This document shows, piece after piece, positions 28,231 through 44,200 of a stretch of DNA of 64,000 bases; the stretch's first letter is position 1; each line of letters starts with the position of its first letter. The notes under the pieces were generated by a model. That model was not told the DNA's origin, did no database searches, and was given only the letters and a program-made list of their open reading frames with translations. This stretch comes from the human T2T-CHM13v2.0 reference genome, Homo sapiens. Location: assembly GCF_009914755.1 (NCBI RefSeq), contig NC_060933.1; one strand, written 5' to 3'. The translations under genes and the position numbers were made by a program.

Positions 28231-28496
28231 CTGGCTGGATGTGGTGGCTCATACCTGTAATCCCAGCACTTTGGAAACTGAGGTGGGAGGATCACTTGAG
28301 GCCAGAGTTCGAGACCAGCCATGGACACATTGTGAGACCCCCCCGCCCATCTCTACAAAAAAAAATTTTTTTAAATTAACCAGGCATGTAGTCCCATCTA
28401 CTCAAGGGGCTAAGGTAGGAGGATCGCTTAAACCCAGGAGTTCAAGCCTGCAGTGAGCTATGATTACACCACTGCACTCTAGCGTGGGCAACAGAC
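28231..28496 (+). mobile_element. Alu (AluJ-like, degenerate)
   Basis: ggtggctcatacctgtaatcccagcactttgg...ccactgcactctagc. Confidence 0.9.
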
Positions 28497-29016
28497 ATTG
28501 TGCTTAGAACCTTGTCTGCTTTTTCTTGTTTATTCTTTATAACCCTGCTAAGTAGATGATATTTTCAATTGCATTGTACAGATGAAGGAACTAATTCCCA
28601 GAGAGGCTGAGAACCCATATCTGTGACTGAAGTGCGTGCTCTGAGGGACTACATTGCATCTCCTCCCATGGATAGAAACCTGGATTAAGTTAGCCTTGTC
28701 CTTCCTTATAAAGAGTGCTACAGAATGGTTAACAGGTTCCCCAGGATTCCTGAGTCATCTGGAAAAGGAATATGTTTCAAAGCATTGTTTGTGGACCGCC
28801 TGCATCAGAATTCCCCTGGCTGTTGGTTAAAATCACAGATTAACTGACTTACAACCTCTCGGAATAGGGCCAGGGAATCTGCATTTTTGCAAAGCTCAGA
28901 CTCTAAAGTCTGAGGAACATGTCCTCTGACATGGTGTCAGAATTTTCTTCACTGACACACTAATCAGTTTCTGGGTAGGCCTAAAACCAACAGTAGGGAT
29001 TTGGGAGACTATACTA

Positions 29017-29232
29017 CAGGGATTGACAAACTTTTTCTTTAAAGGGTCAGTTCGTAAATAGTTTGGGCTTTGTGGGCCATATGGGTCTCTGTTGGAGCAA
29101 TTCAACTCTGCTGTTGTAATCCAAAAGCAGCCATAGACAGTTCATAACCACTGGGCATGGCTATGCTCCAATAAAACTTTGCTTTCAAAAACAAGCGCTG
29201 GGCTGAATTGGGCTGTAGTTTGCCAACCCCTG
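29017..29232. mobile_element. MER58A-like hAT MITE with both terminal inverted repeats
   Basis: Termini cagggattgacaaact and agtttgccaacccctg. Confidence 0.85.
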
Positions 29233-29447
29233 ATCTAGAGTCATCCTGGCCCACCAGCCCTCTGACAACCCCTGTTTGTGGAACTTATTCTTACACTACT
29301 TTCTATTACCTATGGAGAGCTGTATCAACTAAGATAAAATTGCCTGATGTAACAGATAAACCCTGAATCCTAGTGACTTAAGGCAATAAAAGTTATTGCT
29401 CACTCATATCAGAGCCCAGTGAGGCTACTCCTGGTTAGAATCTTCTA

Positions 29448-29757
<310 letters not shown>

Positions 29758-29839
29758 TCATTTAAGACCCAGGCCCCTTCATATTGTGGCTGTATCCCTC
29801 TTGGGCCCCAGAGTCCTCTCCATTGCAGCTGGCAGATAA

Positions 29840-30190
<351 letters not shown>

Positions 30191-30760
30191 TTCATGGGAA
30201 GTTTTTAAGGGCTGGGTCTGGTAGAGGTGCCCCTCATTTCTACCCATATTTCTTTGGCCAGAGCTGTTATTGTTCGGGATCCAGAAACTGATTTCTCAAG
30301 TCCATGAGGCCCTTGGTCTCTAGATTCATTCTGTTTTTGTCTGTCTTTGCTTGAAACGCCTCCAATTCTTTCCTGGGATTGTCTCTTCATTGTGAAGAAC
30401 CTCGCTAAGTTCAGCCAAGAGGAGACAGTGCTCAACTTCACTCTGATTGTTTCTAGCCACTTTCCCTAGATCTGCAGGCTTGCTGAGTACATGGTCCACC
30501 TTCTGAATGACTGCAGGTGTAAGTTTTACCAAATATTTTGCTACCATCTAATATAGATTTCTATCTTTCCAGCCTCTGAGATCCATTTCCTCACTGGCTG
30601 CTGCCTGCCTACTACTTTAGGGTGTTGCTATTGCGGCACCCCACTGCAAGATACCTACTTCTGTATTAGTTCAGGTAAAACAGCAGCTTTAACTGGTAGA
30701 CTCAAATTCTACCTGATTAACACAACTAAATGTTTACATTTTGCTCACATCATATTCTAG

Positions 30761-30820
30761 TACAGATGTTTTTTGTGGTGTAGCCTTCCATACAGATGTT
30801 CTTCATGGTGTGGCCTTCCA
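30761..30820. repeat. 30-bp tandem duplication (26/30 identical)
   Basis: tacagatgttttttgtggtgtagccttcca followed by tacagatgttcttcatggtgtggccttcca. Confidence 0.9.
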
Positions 30821-31839
30821 TGTGGTCAATCAGAGACCCATGTTTTTCCATCTTGAAGCTCTGCCCTCCTGCAGGTCTCTACAGCCTCTCTGTCCAGCTG
30901 GCCAAAGGCTAGAAGATCAGGCACATTTCAGAGGATGTGCTGGAAGTGATGCATATCCATCACTTTGGCCTATATTGTCTTGGCCAGAGCTCAGTCTCAT
31001 GGCCACACATCCTGCAAGAGGGGCTAGGAAAGGTAGTCCAAGTCCAAGACAAAAGGAGAACAGGTTTTGGCATGCACATAGCAGTGGCTGCCTTATAGGC
31101 CAGGACTCTGGACTGAGGGAATAATGGCCAGCAGAGAATTATAATGGCTCATTAGTGGGGGTGGCAGTGGGCAGCCTGCCCTGGTAGAAGAGGTGCTGTC
31201 AGGCATTAGCTAGTATGATTCAAAAGATATACAAATACCTTCATTAATGCAGTAAGCATTTACTGCATGTCCACTATGTGCCAGGCAGTAGGCCAGACAC
31301 TGGGGCCTTGGGAGGAGAACAAAGCTCCCCTTGGAGCTCTGGGTGAGCCATTCTACTCCTAACCCTTGTGCTGGAGGCCTAGAGGCCAGAGAGCCTGGGA
31401 AAGGAAGAGGGAAGTGGCTAGGTCTTTTTAACTTGGCTGGTTTGAATGCCTCCTACAACCCAAGAAATGCAGCCCATATAGGTCAGCCTGGTTCCCACTA
31501 TTAGCAAGCATCCCTCTGCGGTATATTGAATGAAATGTAATATGGGGGAAGAGAAGGCAACACATAGTGGACATTCTCTTTATAGCTTGCTCCCTGGTTG
31601 TTTTCATAGGACGTTGTTTTCCTTCTGTGAGGCATCTAAGGAAGGTGGTGGGTCTAGGATATAGGGTTATGTGTTTGTGTCTGGCTGCTGGTAAAGTTAG
31701 GGAATTGGCACCGTGTCTCAGAACCCCCTCAGCAGAGCTGATGGCAGCACAGGGAGGACCCAGTGCTCTACATCCTTGCTTTTTTCGTATTATTGGCTAT
31801 TCATGTTAGAAGCTGTTGCTGTTGTTAATTTCCTAGTGG

Positions 31840-33355
31840 GCCTGGCTGAAATTGAAGCGGCGGGTTGAGCTCTGGGCAGACACAGCATTTAGTCAACAGC
31901 CATTGGGCATCCGCTCTCTGCCCGATCTCTGTCCAAGTCCACCGGCACTCCTCTCACTGGAGCGGCCAGTGATGCGGGCTTGGTAACTGATATGTAGGGG
32001 AATGGCAGTAGCCTCCAGGAAGGTCTTCAAAATGAGCTAAGAAAATAGGCGTAGAGGACATATTTAATACAGATTGGAATAGACCATGGAGGGAAGGTTT
32101 TTATTCTTTTTTGGAGATTTTTGGGTAGAAAATCATATCACTAGAAGCAAGAATGTAGCCTGGGTAATATCTGGAACACTTTCAAACTGCATGCATTGAT
32201 GTGTTGCCCATTTTCAGCTAAGAGAGGGAGGACTACAAAAGGTTAAATTTCTCATATAAGATTAATTCAGCCATCTCTGTGAAATGGTGGAAGCAGAATG
32301 CCATTAGACTCTCTAATCTCATTTCTCTCATGCTGTCTTTCTTGGAGCCTGTCAAACAGTGTCCTGGCAGAGAGTCAGTTCTCTGGTTGCTAAACATCAG
32401 AGTCAGTCTCTTTCTGCATGTGCCAAGAGGGCTGTAATTTAGAAAATGCAACCTACCTTTTAAGGAAGGATGAAAAGGTACTAAATGCACCTTTCTTTGC
32501 ATGTTAGATCCCAAATGTTTTGAATATAGTAAACATGTTATTCCTATATAATTTTATTTTCTATGTTATCGTAGAGTTATTTGCATGACATATTAGAATC
32601 AAACTTATTAAAACTGTTTATATTTTGTGGATCTCATGTGGTTTCATGAGTATTGCTTGAGTGCTAAATATACTAACTAATAAGATTTGTGCCTTTTGAG
32701 TGTGCAACTGTGCATTCAGGATGAAAACGTAGTAACAATTTTGCCCTTGTTTTAATTACTCTTCAACAACATGTGATTTTTGAAATCTGATTTAAGCCTT
32801 TTTGGGGGGTGGGTAGCTGCTGCTATGTAAAAAGCTGAATATACTTGGACATTAGATTTTCTGTTAGTTCTGGTCTTTTTTCATATTGCCACATAAAAAT
32901 CCTAAATTAAAGGGGGACAGAGGGTGGAGCCTACCACGATTGTGAAGTTTCTTTCTCTTACTTAAAATATAGCATTAAATAATGCTGGTTATTTTTATGT
33001 TGCATATTTGGGACAAAGAGCTCTCTTAAATGAAAGATAATTGCAAGATCCGGTTCAGCAGCTTTGTCCCTTGCCTCAAGTTTACTGCAGGGCTTCTCTC
33101 CTCTCTGGTTATACAGAAATGAAATTATAAACCACCAGTAACCTTGGAAATTTCAATCGATTCCAAATGACTAAATATTTAATTGAATCATTGCCTATAC
33201 TTCCAGGGATGACTCTGGCGTTTGCTTTTTATTGAGGGCTCCATGAAAGCCAGGCTCTGCAATGGCTGCTGGGGACTGTGTCTGTTGCAAGGAGGCTCCC
33301 CTGCAGTGAGGAGCCGGGGCACTGCAAGTCTGTTCCATAGCAGCCCTTTTTGCAA
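31840..33355 (+). promoter_or_regulatory. GARNL3: Proximal promoter / 5' UTR zone of GARNL3 (appears repeat-free)
   Basis: No recognisable repeats. Small CpG-enriched patch at 31855-31980 ending in donor TTG|GTAACT, octamer ATTTGCAT at 32579. Lies directly upstream of ATG 33356. The TSS cannot be determined from sequence. Confidence 0.55.
32470..32477 (+). CDS. GARNL3: Candidate short alternative start, ATG AAA AG|gtact, giving MKS-SVSEDLG when spliced to 33430
   Basis: ATG (aggATGa, A at -3) 8 nt before donor AAG|GTACTA at 32478. Phase 2 matches the internal acceptor. It lies in unique sequence about 0.9 kb upstream of exon 1. The 5' boundary of the exon is not determined. Confidence 0.55.
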
Positions 33356-33499
33356 ATGGTAGTTGATTTTTGCAGAAGGTTTGTGGCCAGATCGCTATGT
33401 ATAATACTGATGAAGCATTTTTGTTCCAGCTCTGTCTCGGAAGACCTAGGCTGTAGACGTGGGGATTTCAGTAGGAAACATTATGGATCTGTGGAGCTG
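33356..33499 (+). CDS. GARNL3: GARNL3 canonical first coding exon (aa 1-48), MVVDFCRRFVARSLCIILMKHFCSSSVSEDLGCRRGDFSRKHYGSVEL
   Basis: ATG at 33356, 144 nt (48 codons), then donor CTG|GTAAGT at 33500. The peptide matches my recollection of the human GARNL3 N-terminus and continues in phase 0 into exon 59645-59719. Confidence 0.93.
33417..33430 (+). other. GARNL3: Internal 3' splice acceptor within GARNL3 exon 1 (atttttgttccag|c)
   Basis: T-rich tract plus CAG ending at 33429. The next base, 33430, is codon position 3, compatible with phase-2 upstream exons. Confidence 0.75.
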
Positions 33500-34909
33500 G
33501 TAAGTTTATGCTGTCTGTTCAGTGGTAGTACATTGATTTAGATTTAGAGACGATTGCCAAGCTCATCAGATCTTTTGTTGTATATTTACTGTTAGACCAT
33601 GTGGGTACAGTGTAAGGATTGGATTGGAATAAATAACTATACAAAGGCTATGATAATTTGATCTTCTTTATCTATTTGTTTTTATTGTTACATACTTTTT
33701 AATCTTGTCTTCCAGTTTGTTAAAAATATGTTACGGCTTGGTATTTTTCTCTGTGTATATAATTAAATAAAACAATTTATGAATTAAGAAAGGTGGCATT
33801 TGGCTTATATATGACCTTTTTCCTAAAAGTTTATAAATCTAGTTTTCAAGGTTTAAATATTATTGAAATACGTATTCTGATTTTCTGTATGTTTGCTTTC
33901 TGGGTGTGTAGTAGGAGTTAGAATATTTATGAGAGCTGTTTTTCCCATTAAAAGCATATTGGTTGGACTAGATAAATGACTATTATGGATGATCAATATT
34001 TGGAATGAAAATATTTACATTTTCCTTAATGAGAGGTGTTAGTGTTTGTGCTATGATTTTTAAAATTTGTGTGTTTTCATTTTAAAAGAGCCATAATGAA
34101 AGCATATAATAGTCTCAATATTTTTTAAAGATAGAATGTGATTTTTTCCAATTACGTGAAAATCTGAACAAATTTTCAGAAATGTGCTCATAAAATTATA
34201 TTGATTATTATTTAACACTGTTAATGACATTGCCTACTATTTCTATTTATTAAAAATGAGTTGCTTGTATCTATTTGTGTAGCACCCAATTTTCCCCTAT
34301 TAATATAAGCTGCATCCTTGCAGAGTTTAAGTAGTAGAAAAATTTATAGCGGAGTTGTGTACCAGTGGCGTTCTACTTGAACTCAAGCATATGTTATGGA
34401 CCTGACTGTGTACCTAGCCTGGAGCTGGGTATTCTTGAAAATATAAAATGAGTAAAAGATACAGTCCTTGTTCTTAAGGAGCTTACTGTCCTCTGGCTGG
34501 GCAGATAAGACACATAAAATATCTGAAGAATGAATTTAGCCACATAAAAGATACCTCAGTTGATTCAGTCAACACCTGTTCTGTCTGTCACTGGTGACAC
34601 CACACTACTTAGACCACCACCTCCCCTGAAGGAGCAGGTGCATAGCTATAAGTCAGAGTAGGAATTGGTACTGTGAAAGAGATGCATGTAGAGCACCACG
34701 GGGGTTCAGAGAAGGAAGGGATCACCCATTCTGGCCAGGGGTCTCAGAGACACACCATGGAAGACCTTGCAGAGAGCTGTGGGATGTGGATTGGTGGCAG
34801 AGAGGATAGACAGTAGGTATGAGCTAACAGTATGATTCCTGGCAATGCCGTGTCCCAAGGCAATGAGCAAATGGTCCTGCCTAGCAAAGAGCTTTGTAAT
34901 TACAAAGCA

Positions 34910-35190
34910 AGCAAGCTTTGGAATCAGGTAGGCCTGGGTTCCCATACCAGGTCTATTACTTATCTTTGTGACCAGTCAGGTTACTTCTCTGAACCTCAGT
35001 AATGCTGAAGAACATGTGATCTGAAGTCATTCTTGTTTCATCATTCACTAATTGTATGATCTTGGACTTCCTTTAGCATCAGTTTTCTCATCTATAAAAT
35101 GGGGATATTTCTGTTATCTACCTTAGAGGGTTGTTATGAGGATTAAATGAGATCATGTACATAAAGTACTTAGCACATAAGCACAGTTTA
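34910..35190 (+). mobile_element. MIR fragments
   Basis: ttacttctctgaacctcagt and cagttttctcatctataaaatgggg...gaggattaaatgagat. Confidence 0.75.
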
Positions 35191-35402
35191 TGTTAACCAG
35201 CTGCAGTCATAAAGACAAAATTCAGTAGCAAAAGTAGAGCCTTGACTGTCAGGTGAACACTTTGGACTTGGCCTAGCAAGTAATATGGAGCGCTTTTAAA
35301 CAGTGACAACATTACTTGGGGGAGATAACATGGGTGTGAAAGATGGACTCTTTAAAGATGTGGGGAAATCACAGAATATCAGAATGGAAAAGTACTTGAG
35401 AG

Positions 35403-35590
35403 CAGTGGTTCTCAAACTTGAGCAGACATCAGAACTCTCTGGAAGGCTGATTAAAACATAGATTGCTGGGCCCTAGTCCCAGAGTTTCAAATTCAGTAGA
35501 TCCAAGGTTAACCTACAATTTGCAATTCTAACAAGTTCCCAGATTGATATTGATATTGCTGGTCCCAGGATCATACTTTAAGAAGCTCTG
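35403..35590. mobile_element. MER5A-like MITE, near complete
   Basis: cagtggttctcaaacttgag...ttctaacaagttcccag...gctggtcccagga...ctttaagaa. Confidence 0.85.
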
Positions 35591-37011
35591 CCTTAGAGGA
35601 CCTCAGCTAGGTCATCAGTTATCCTTGGCCTGATGAGGCATCCAGTTGACCAAACGTTCTTCAATCCATTTGTTCACATTTTTCCTCTGGGGCCATGACT
35701 GTGTGTATGTGTATTTGTAGTTGACTTTTTAGAATATTATAAAATACATTTTAAATATATTTAAAAATTCCACGTATAATCTTACCTTGCAGCAACTGTT
35801 TTCATCTCCTTGTGGTACCTTCCAGTCCTTATAGCTACAAACCTCATTTTTATATTGTTATAATGAAATTATGTATTTAATTTAATTTCGCATTCTTCTT
35901 TTTCCATTTATACTGTATTTTCTAAATGTCTTCTTATATAGTCTTCAGAGTCATATTTTAATGGGTACATGATAGGCCAACATAGTGATAAATGATTATC
36001 TGTGTAAATTTTGTAAAATTAGGTTGTTTCTCATTTTCCCGTATTAAAAATGACATGTGTGCTGGTGGTCAGGAAGGTTGGGAAAAGTGAAATGAGCAGA
36101 GCTCCGTTCTTATTATCTGAGGATCTCTTGAAATTCTGACTGCAGTGTTTTAAGAGGAGCGTGATGTTTCCTCTCACTTCTGAACAACAGAGTATTATTA
36201 AATTACAAACCATTATGTGTTGCAGGGACTTATGAAAAAGTGAGTTTGACTTTTCTTATGCCTGCTGTGATGAAAATTGTTGGGAACCCAATAAGTGTTG
36301 GGCATCTTGGAACTCAAACTTTCCAGAAAGGCGTCTAAGATTATATAAAATTGAAATTTTAGCATGAACTTCTCCTGACCTTGAACAAGTCACAAGTCTT
36401 GTGAAGAATGAAGCTCGGCCATTCATATCAGTAATGAGAGAAGACTTAGGGCTTAGTTCTCTAGGTTTCCATCCTGCATTAGTTTGGTGATGAGAAGATG
36501 GAAACCCAGATCTTGACAGACTCATGGGAGAACTACTTAGCATTCTTTCAACACATATTTATTGAGGGTCATCCATGTGTCAGGCTCTGTGCAAGTGACT
36601 GAGAGTCAGGGGAGAGAAGCAAAACCATTTTTCTGCTCTCATGGAGCCTTCACTTTAGAAACTAGCAGCCTCACACCGTGTCCCCAGGCTGTGTTGTATC
36701 TGGATCTCAGCTGTTTCCCTGCCTTAACCAGGGATTGTTTTCTTATGAAGAACAGAGATCTGTTCTGTCTAGGTCAAGTATAAAGCAATTCACTGAAAGG
36801 ATATGGGTGAATCTCACGGGAGGGAAGTGCAGCTGCGCCTCATGTGATGGAAAACCAGCAAGCCACTATTTTCTCTTTCTCTCTGGTCCATATGCTTTCT
36901 TGTCTTCACATTTCTCTGTGTCTGTATCACTCTCCTCTCTGCAGAACAGCTTCTGATGGCACAGTTGCCTCTCTCCAGCTCATTTTTCCCAGCAGCCAGA
37001 GTGGTGTTTTC

Positions 37012-38778
<1,767 letters not shown>

Positions 38779-38789
38779 GAATGATGTTT

Positions 38790-39310
38790 TAAAATGTTGT
38801 CAATACAATGTCTTTTCCTTCTTAAAATGTTTCTTCAGCTGTTCATTGTACTTCAAGGCCAGACCATGTACCAAGCCCTACAAGAACCTATGTGATCCTT
38901 ACCCTGTCTTTCTCTTTCACCTTCTTTCATGCCGCTTCCTCACTGTGGCTCAAATGTCTGGCCTTTATCCTGGTCTCTGGAACACACTGAGCTCTTCCCT
39001 GTCCCAGGACCCCTGCGCTTACTAGTCATTCTTACTGATGGATTCTTGGGGCTTCTCACGGCTGATCTCAGCTTAAATACCATCTTCTCAGAGGGGCCTC
39101 CCCTGACCATCCCATCAACATTAGTTCCTTCCTCTGCTATTCTGTAACTCAACATCCTATTTGTTTTCTTAGCAGTGCTTATCACAATCTATATTCATTT
39201 CATTTACCACTTACTTACTACTCTGTATTGTTCATTGTTTTATTTCTAGAACATGGCACAGGGCCTGGCACATACTAAGTTTCTTATAAATGTTTTTTTA
39301 TTACTGAATT
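38790..39310 (+). mobile_element. L2 3' fragment
   Basis: ttctcagaggggcctcccctgacc, then ggcacagggcctggcacata...aaatgtttttt...tgaat. Confidence 0.7.
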
Positions 39311-40970
39311 GATTTCTGGCCCCCCAGTCCCCATGGTTTACATGGGTTACAGCTCTGTTGGCCACCGTGGTCTCTTCATTCTTGGATCCTAATTTCAAAT
39401 TCCAAATAGAATACTATGGATTGTTTCCTCTTTGTTCAGGTATCTATCCCTGATTCAAACACTTGTGCTCAGGGTAGTGGGGTCATAGACTATAAACCTG
39501 GCTTTTGAGGCCCATCCCCTCAGCAATGCTTGTGGACAGGGCAGATTTTCTCTGGAGATGATATAGACAAGTCAGTTTCAAAGAAGGGCATGAGCTGAGC
39601 TGGAACTCCCAAATGTGTCCATTAACATTCCTTCATATAGCGAGAATTTAAAAGCTCAAACTAAAAGCACTTAGTGAAAATGTCTTCCTCTGCTGATGGA
39701 CTCCCTTATCTCTGTACTTTTTTAAATACCATAAATAAAGATATAGATTATGAACTCCCTAAAAATAGGAATAATGTTTATTTGCCACTGTATCTCTAGA
39801 ACCAAGCACAATGCTTAGCATTAGTTACTTAGTAACTATTGATTGAATGAATGAATGATCCCATTTGGTTGAAATTAGAGAGTGGCCTAACCCATCAAAA
39901 ATAAATAAAGGAAAGAGAAAACAAGCCTCTTTGATTCCCCCCTCAACCAATATACTTAGGCTCATTAGCTGGCAGTGCATTTCATCAAAAGCATATGCCA
40001 TTTTTCTTCTTGATGAATTGCAAGTCTTGTCTCTCATGGCAGCATTCTAGGCAAGACACAGCTATCACACCATCAACCATTCTTCATCACTTTGTGTTGA
40101 AATCTGTCAGAAAAAGCACAAGATTGTTTGTAGCTTTTATTGATCTTTTTTTGGCCTTTAAACTGGATGGCTAGGAAATTGATACAGTATCAGTGATAAA
40201 TGGTATGGGCACAATATAGACCTCTCCCCTCCCCAGCCCAGCTGCTGACTCTCATAAAACCCCGTATCTTGATACTTCTGGGTAAGTAATGATCTACTGG
40301 TGATTTCAAGTCAGGATAAAACAAGGTAGTATATTGTCCATTCCTTTTTAAGCTTGTTTCTTAATGACTCAAACCTGCATTTAGATGAGCCACGTGCATG
40401 CTCCCCTGCTATATAGGAAATAAATATATCAGTGCTTCTCTATACAGATAGCATGATTTCGTTGTCATGAACTCAGGGTAGCCTCAAAGGGTATCTGGCT
40501 GTACCGTCTAATAACTATCAAAAGAACGGTTGATGATGAACTTGCTTGGCATCTGCAGATTTTAGCATTTGAGGTTTTGACTGTTTGAGGACTCTTGAAG
40601 TCTTGATATGTAGTAATTTGTATTTTTGTTCAGGCACAGATTGGATTTATACCTGTGGGACTGTTGTGAAGAAAGATGATGCTTTGCTAATGAGTGATTT
40701 AACTGCCTGTCCAGCACCCCTAACACAACTCAGTTTTGTGCTCTACTCAGGGTTAAGTAGGGTTTTTACTTTCAAAGGCACTTTATGGGAGAAATTATAT
40801 TCTATCTAGTATTACCAAACTGAGAGATTAGTGAGGGTACCAGCATATTTCCCTCAGGAACATCAAAACATCAAGACTTCAGCGTTGTACAGCTAAAATC
40901 ATAATTTTGACAGATGTTCTTTAAAATTTATCTGGCTTATATCTGTGTCTCACATAGCAGGCCAACTCTT

Positions 40971-41216
40971 TTTTTTTGAGGAGGAGGAGGAGTCTCACTC
41001 TGTTCCCCAGGCTGGTGGCTCGATCTCGGCTCACTGCAACCTCTGCCTCCCAGGTTCAAGCGATTCTCCTGCCTCAGCCTCCTGAGTAGCTGGGACTACA
41101 GGTGCACACCATCACGCCCAGCTAATTTTTGTATTTTTAGTAGAGACAGGTTTCACCATGTTGGCCAGGATGGTCTTGATCTCCTGACCTCGTGATCCAC
41201 CTGCCTCAGCCTCCCA
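40971..41216 (-). mobile_element. 5'-truncated Alu, TSD g(c/t)caactctt
   Basis: TSD at 40961-40970 and 41217-41226. Confidence 0.92.
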
Positions 41217-44200
41217 GTCAACTCTTGTGGATACCTCCAGGTACAACGTATATCAGAACATTCACCAACAAGTTAACATGTTTTGAAACTATGGATGGTG
41301 CTTTTTTGATATTTTTACTGCCTCTGTTGGTGATTGATAGTGCTCACTTTTAAGCTTTTTCAGGCCAAAATTATTGTAACCATTTTCTGTGATGTAGAAT
41401 TTTGAGACTTTAATAATTACTTTTTATACATTAGAATGGAATCAGAAATCTTTTATTATGGTTATTATTTTATTATTTTTATTATTAGTTTTAACATTTT
41501 ATTGAATGCTTACCACGTACCAGTCTCTGTTGAATACTGTAGATGTATTTACTTATTTAATCCCCACAAAAAACCATATGAGGTAGGCATTATTTGATTA
41601 GGCCACACACTGTAGATGCTCAGAAGACATTTGTGAATATTAAATGGATTCCCATTTAACTGATGATACCAGAGCGGTCCCACAGCTAGGAAGAAGCAGG
41701 AGTGACATTTAAACCCAGGTCTATCTGCCTCCGAGAGCCCCTGCGCTTAATCTCTTCGCCTGCAAGCCCATGCTCTTAAAGCCCTGCTGTGTATAGAGTG
41801 TTTCCTGAGAAAATTAGGTTGATTGTTAGAACAAATACCGCTGTCCTTAATCAAAAGCATAAAGTAGCTCTGCTTTAGGTTTCCATTCCAACATATAATT
41901 TCAAACTATTTTTCGTCCAAATCTTAACAAAAGCTTGCTATTAAGAATGTCCATAAGGAGTTATCCAAAGACATGCCCATGCCTTAAATGGTTTAAATTT
42001 AATTCCTAGATCAAGCCCAACCATAAGTTAGCTACAAACACTTGGCCTGCCTTTGTTGGCCCCTCTCAGACTTGCTTTTCTTGACTTGTACCATGGCATT
42101 ATGCCTTTAACCTGCATTGATGGACAGAGTGGAAAGCAGCCAGATAGATCTTGGTGGTGTGTTGCTTGTAGGATGCTGCTAAGAATTTTATGTTCGTCAT
42201 ATACAGAGTCTCATTTAAAAAGACCTATGAGAAAAAATTTTTCTCAGGACCAAAAAGTGCCATGCTTCTCCTGAGAAGCTGGTTTGTTGTTAACCTTATA
42301 AGCAGTGGGAATCCTGTAAATGAAAGGGCTTTTCCTCTTTGCATTGGCTCCTAGGAAGCTCCGAACTCCATTTGTGGCTTATCTCTAACAGTCTTAAAGG
42401 ACTTTATAACATGCATCCTCATCTTATTCTCTTGTTTTCAGTTTATTTACCTACACTTGATTTTTCCTTGTTCTGAGTGTGCTCAGTATCTCATTTTATC
42501 CTTTAAGTAAGATATATTTAAGTAAGCTGCTTTTAAATCCTTTCTAAAAAATAAGATAGAGCATAAATATAAAAGTATTTCTGTATCTAGCCGTTAACAG
42601 CATAATCCTTCTGTCCTCCATTGACAGGTAGAATAACTTTGATGCTTGTCTCCTCCCTACCCTACTTTTTGATACAGTATGATTTTATGACCTATTTTTC
42701 TAGGATCAACAAAACTTGGGGAGAATTAACACCACCTGACCAGCCATTTGGTGACCATCTTGAGCTCCGAGTGCTGTGTTAATGACATGCATAGGCGGGT
42801 CACAAACTGTAACAAATCCACCAGCTGAACACATGCTGTAATAAGAATACCAGACAACTTCTCCAAATTTTCCCAGACAAAATCAACCTTGGGAACCTTG
42901 ATACCAGACATCAGCATGCTCTCTAGTTTCAAAACCAGAGTTACAGGCACCCCACTCCCTCCTTTCTGAGTCCTGGCTTCCTCATGCTCTCCCTAGAGGC
43001 CACAGGAGTCTCCCATTCCTGTGACACTCAAGGCTCTCCTCCTCAGGGCAAGCCTCTCTGCGCCTCTGTGCTGCTCTCTTGCAGCCACCTTGGCTTGGCT
43101 CACAATCTCAGGCTCCTCAACCTTATGCTGGTATCCTGGGAGTCTCTGTTGTTTGACTCCAGTAGTCTTCAACTGATGGGATATGGTCCCCTGATGTATA
43201 TAAAAACACTTCCAAATTTTGATCAATGTATAATAGTTTATTTTTCATATAACCAGAAATACAAACTGAACACGCCACTTACCTGGTTAACTCTTCAGCA
43301 AAGGAAATTGAGTACAGCAGTTTTCTACCTTGATTGTGGTTTCATACACTCAGGAGGCAAAATGCACATAAGTCTCTAAACACACAGACTTTCTTGGTGT
43401 CTGTTTGGTAACAGCCGTTGCCTTTCACACCTTACTTGTACCAGATCATTCTCTGCCCTGCATCATGGCTTGTCGTGTGCCCGCCTCAACTTTCAGATAA
43501 GCAAGACCAGGCTCAGCAGTGTGCATCATCTGTTGTAGCAGGAATAAATTTTAAACTTGATTAAAATATATAATGTAATATACCTTTATGTACTGCTCTT
43601 AGCAATAGAATATATTTTGTTTTCTCAAAGTTGCTTTTTTCAGTACCTATGTTTTCTTCTGAACTCATGCAGGCCTTCCCTCAAAACTGTGGTATTCACA
43701 TGCCATGAACATGCATAGAGTTTGAAAACCACTCTTTTACCTCTTTGGGGCTGTTAAAGATGAAGAGGAATTTGGTGTTTTTGCCAATCTTTCCCCACAT
43801 GGGCTGTGGACTTTAAGAGCTCTTTTTTTAGGCCCTCAGAGGAAAGTCTAGCCTATTTTAACTTATTAACTGCCCCTTGGCAGGCAACTTAGAACAAGTT
43901 TCCCTGGGGTTCAGGATCCAAGAGAATTTGAGGCTTCATCAAAGTCTCTCTTGGTGCCTTAAGATGAAACCCTTGTCTTTCAGCTTTCTCCTGTCTCAGG
44001 GCAAGTTTCTGTTTTCGTAGGGCACATATCCATTCCATGGGTTAGAAGAGCTTTTGGCCCTGTTTGTTAAGGAGGGGAACATCTGTGGGTTCTGAAATTT
44101 GCTTCCCTTTTATATCACTAATCAAATTTAGGGAGTCATGCAAAAAAATCCAGTGTAGCTTGCCGTGATTGGCTTACCATAAATGGCTGGCTCATGGTGT

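Noticed and set aside
33350-33541. ORF-track 63-aa ORF taken as a complete protein
   Set aside because: It starts at a TTG and reads through the GTAAGT donor at 33500. Only 33356-33499 is exonic CDS.
34891-34908. Perfect 18-bp palindrome gctttgtaattacaaagc
   Set aside because: Nine-bp arms with no spacer are within chance expectation for an AT-rich 64-kb window, and there is no supporting context.
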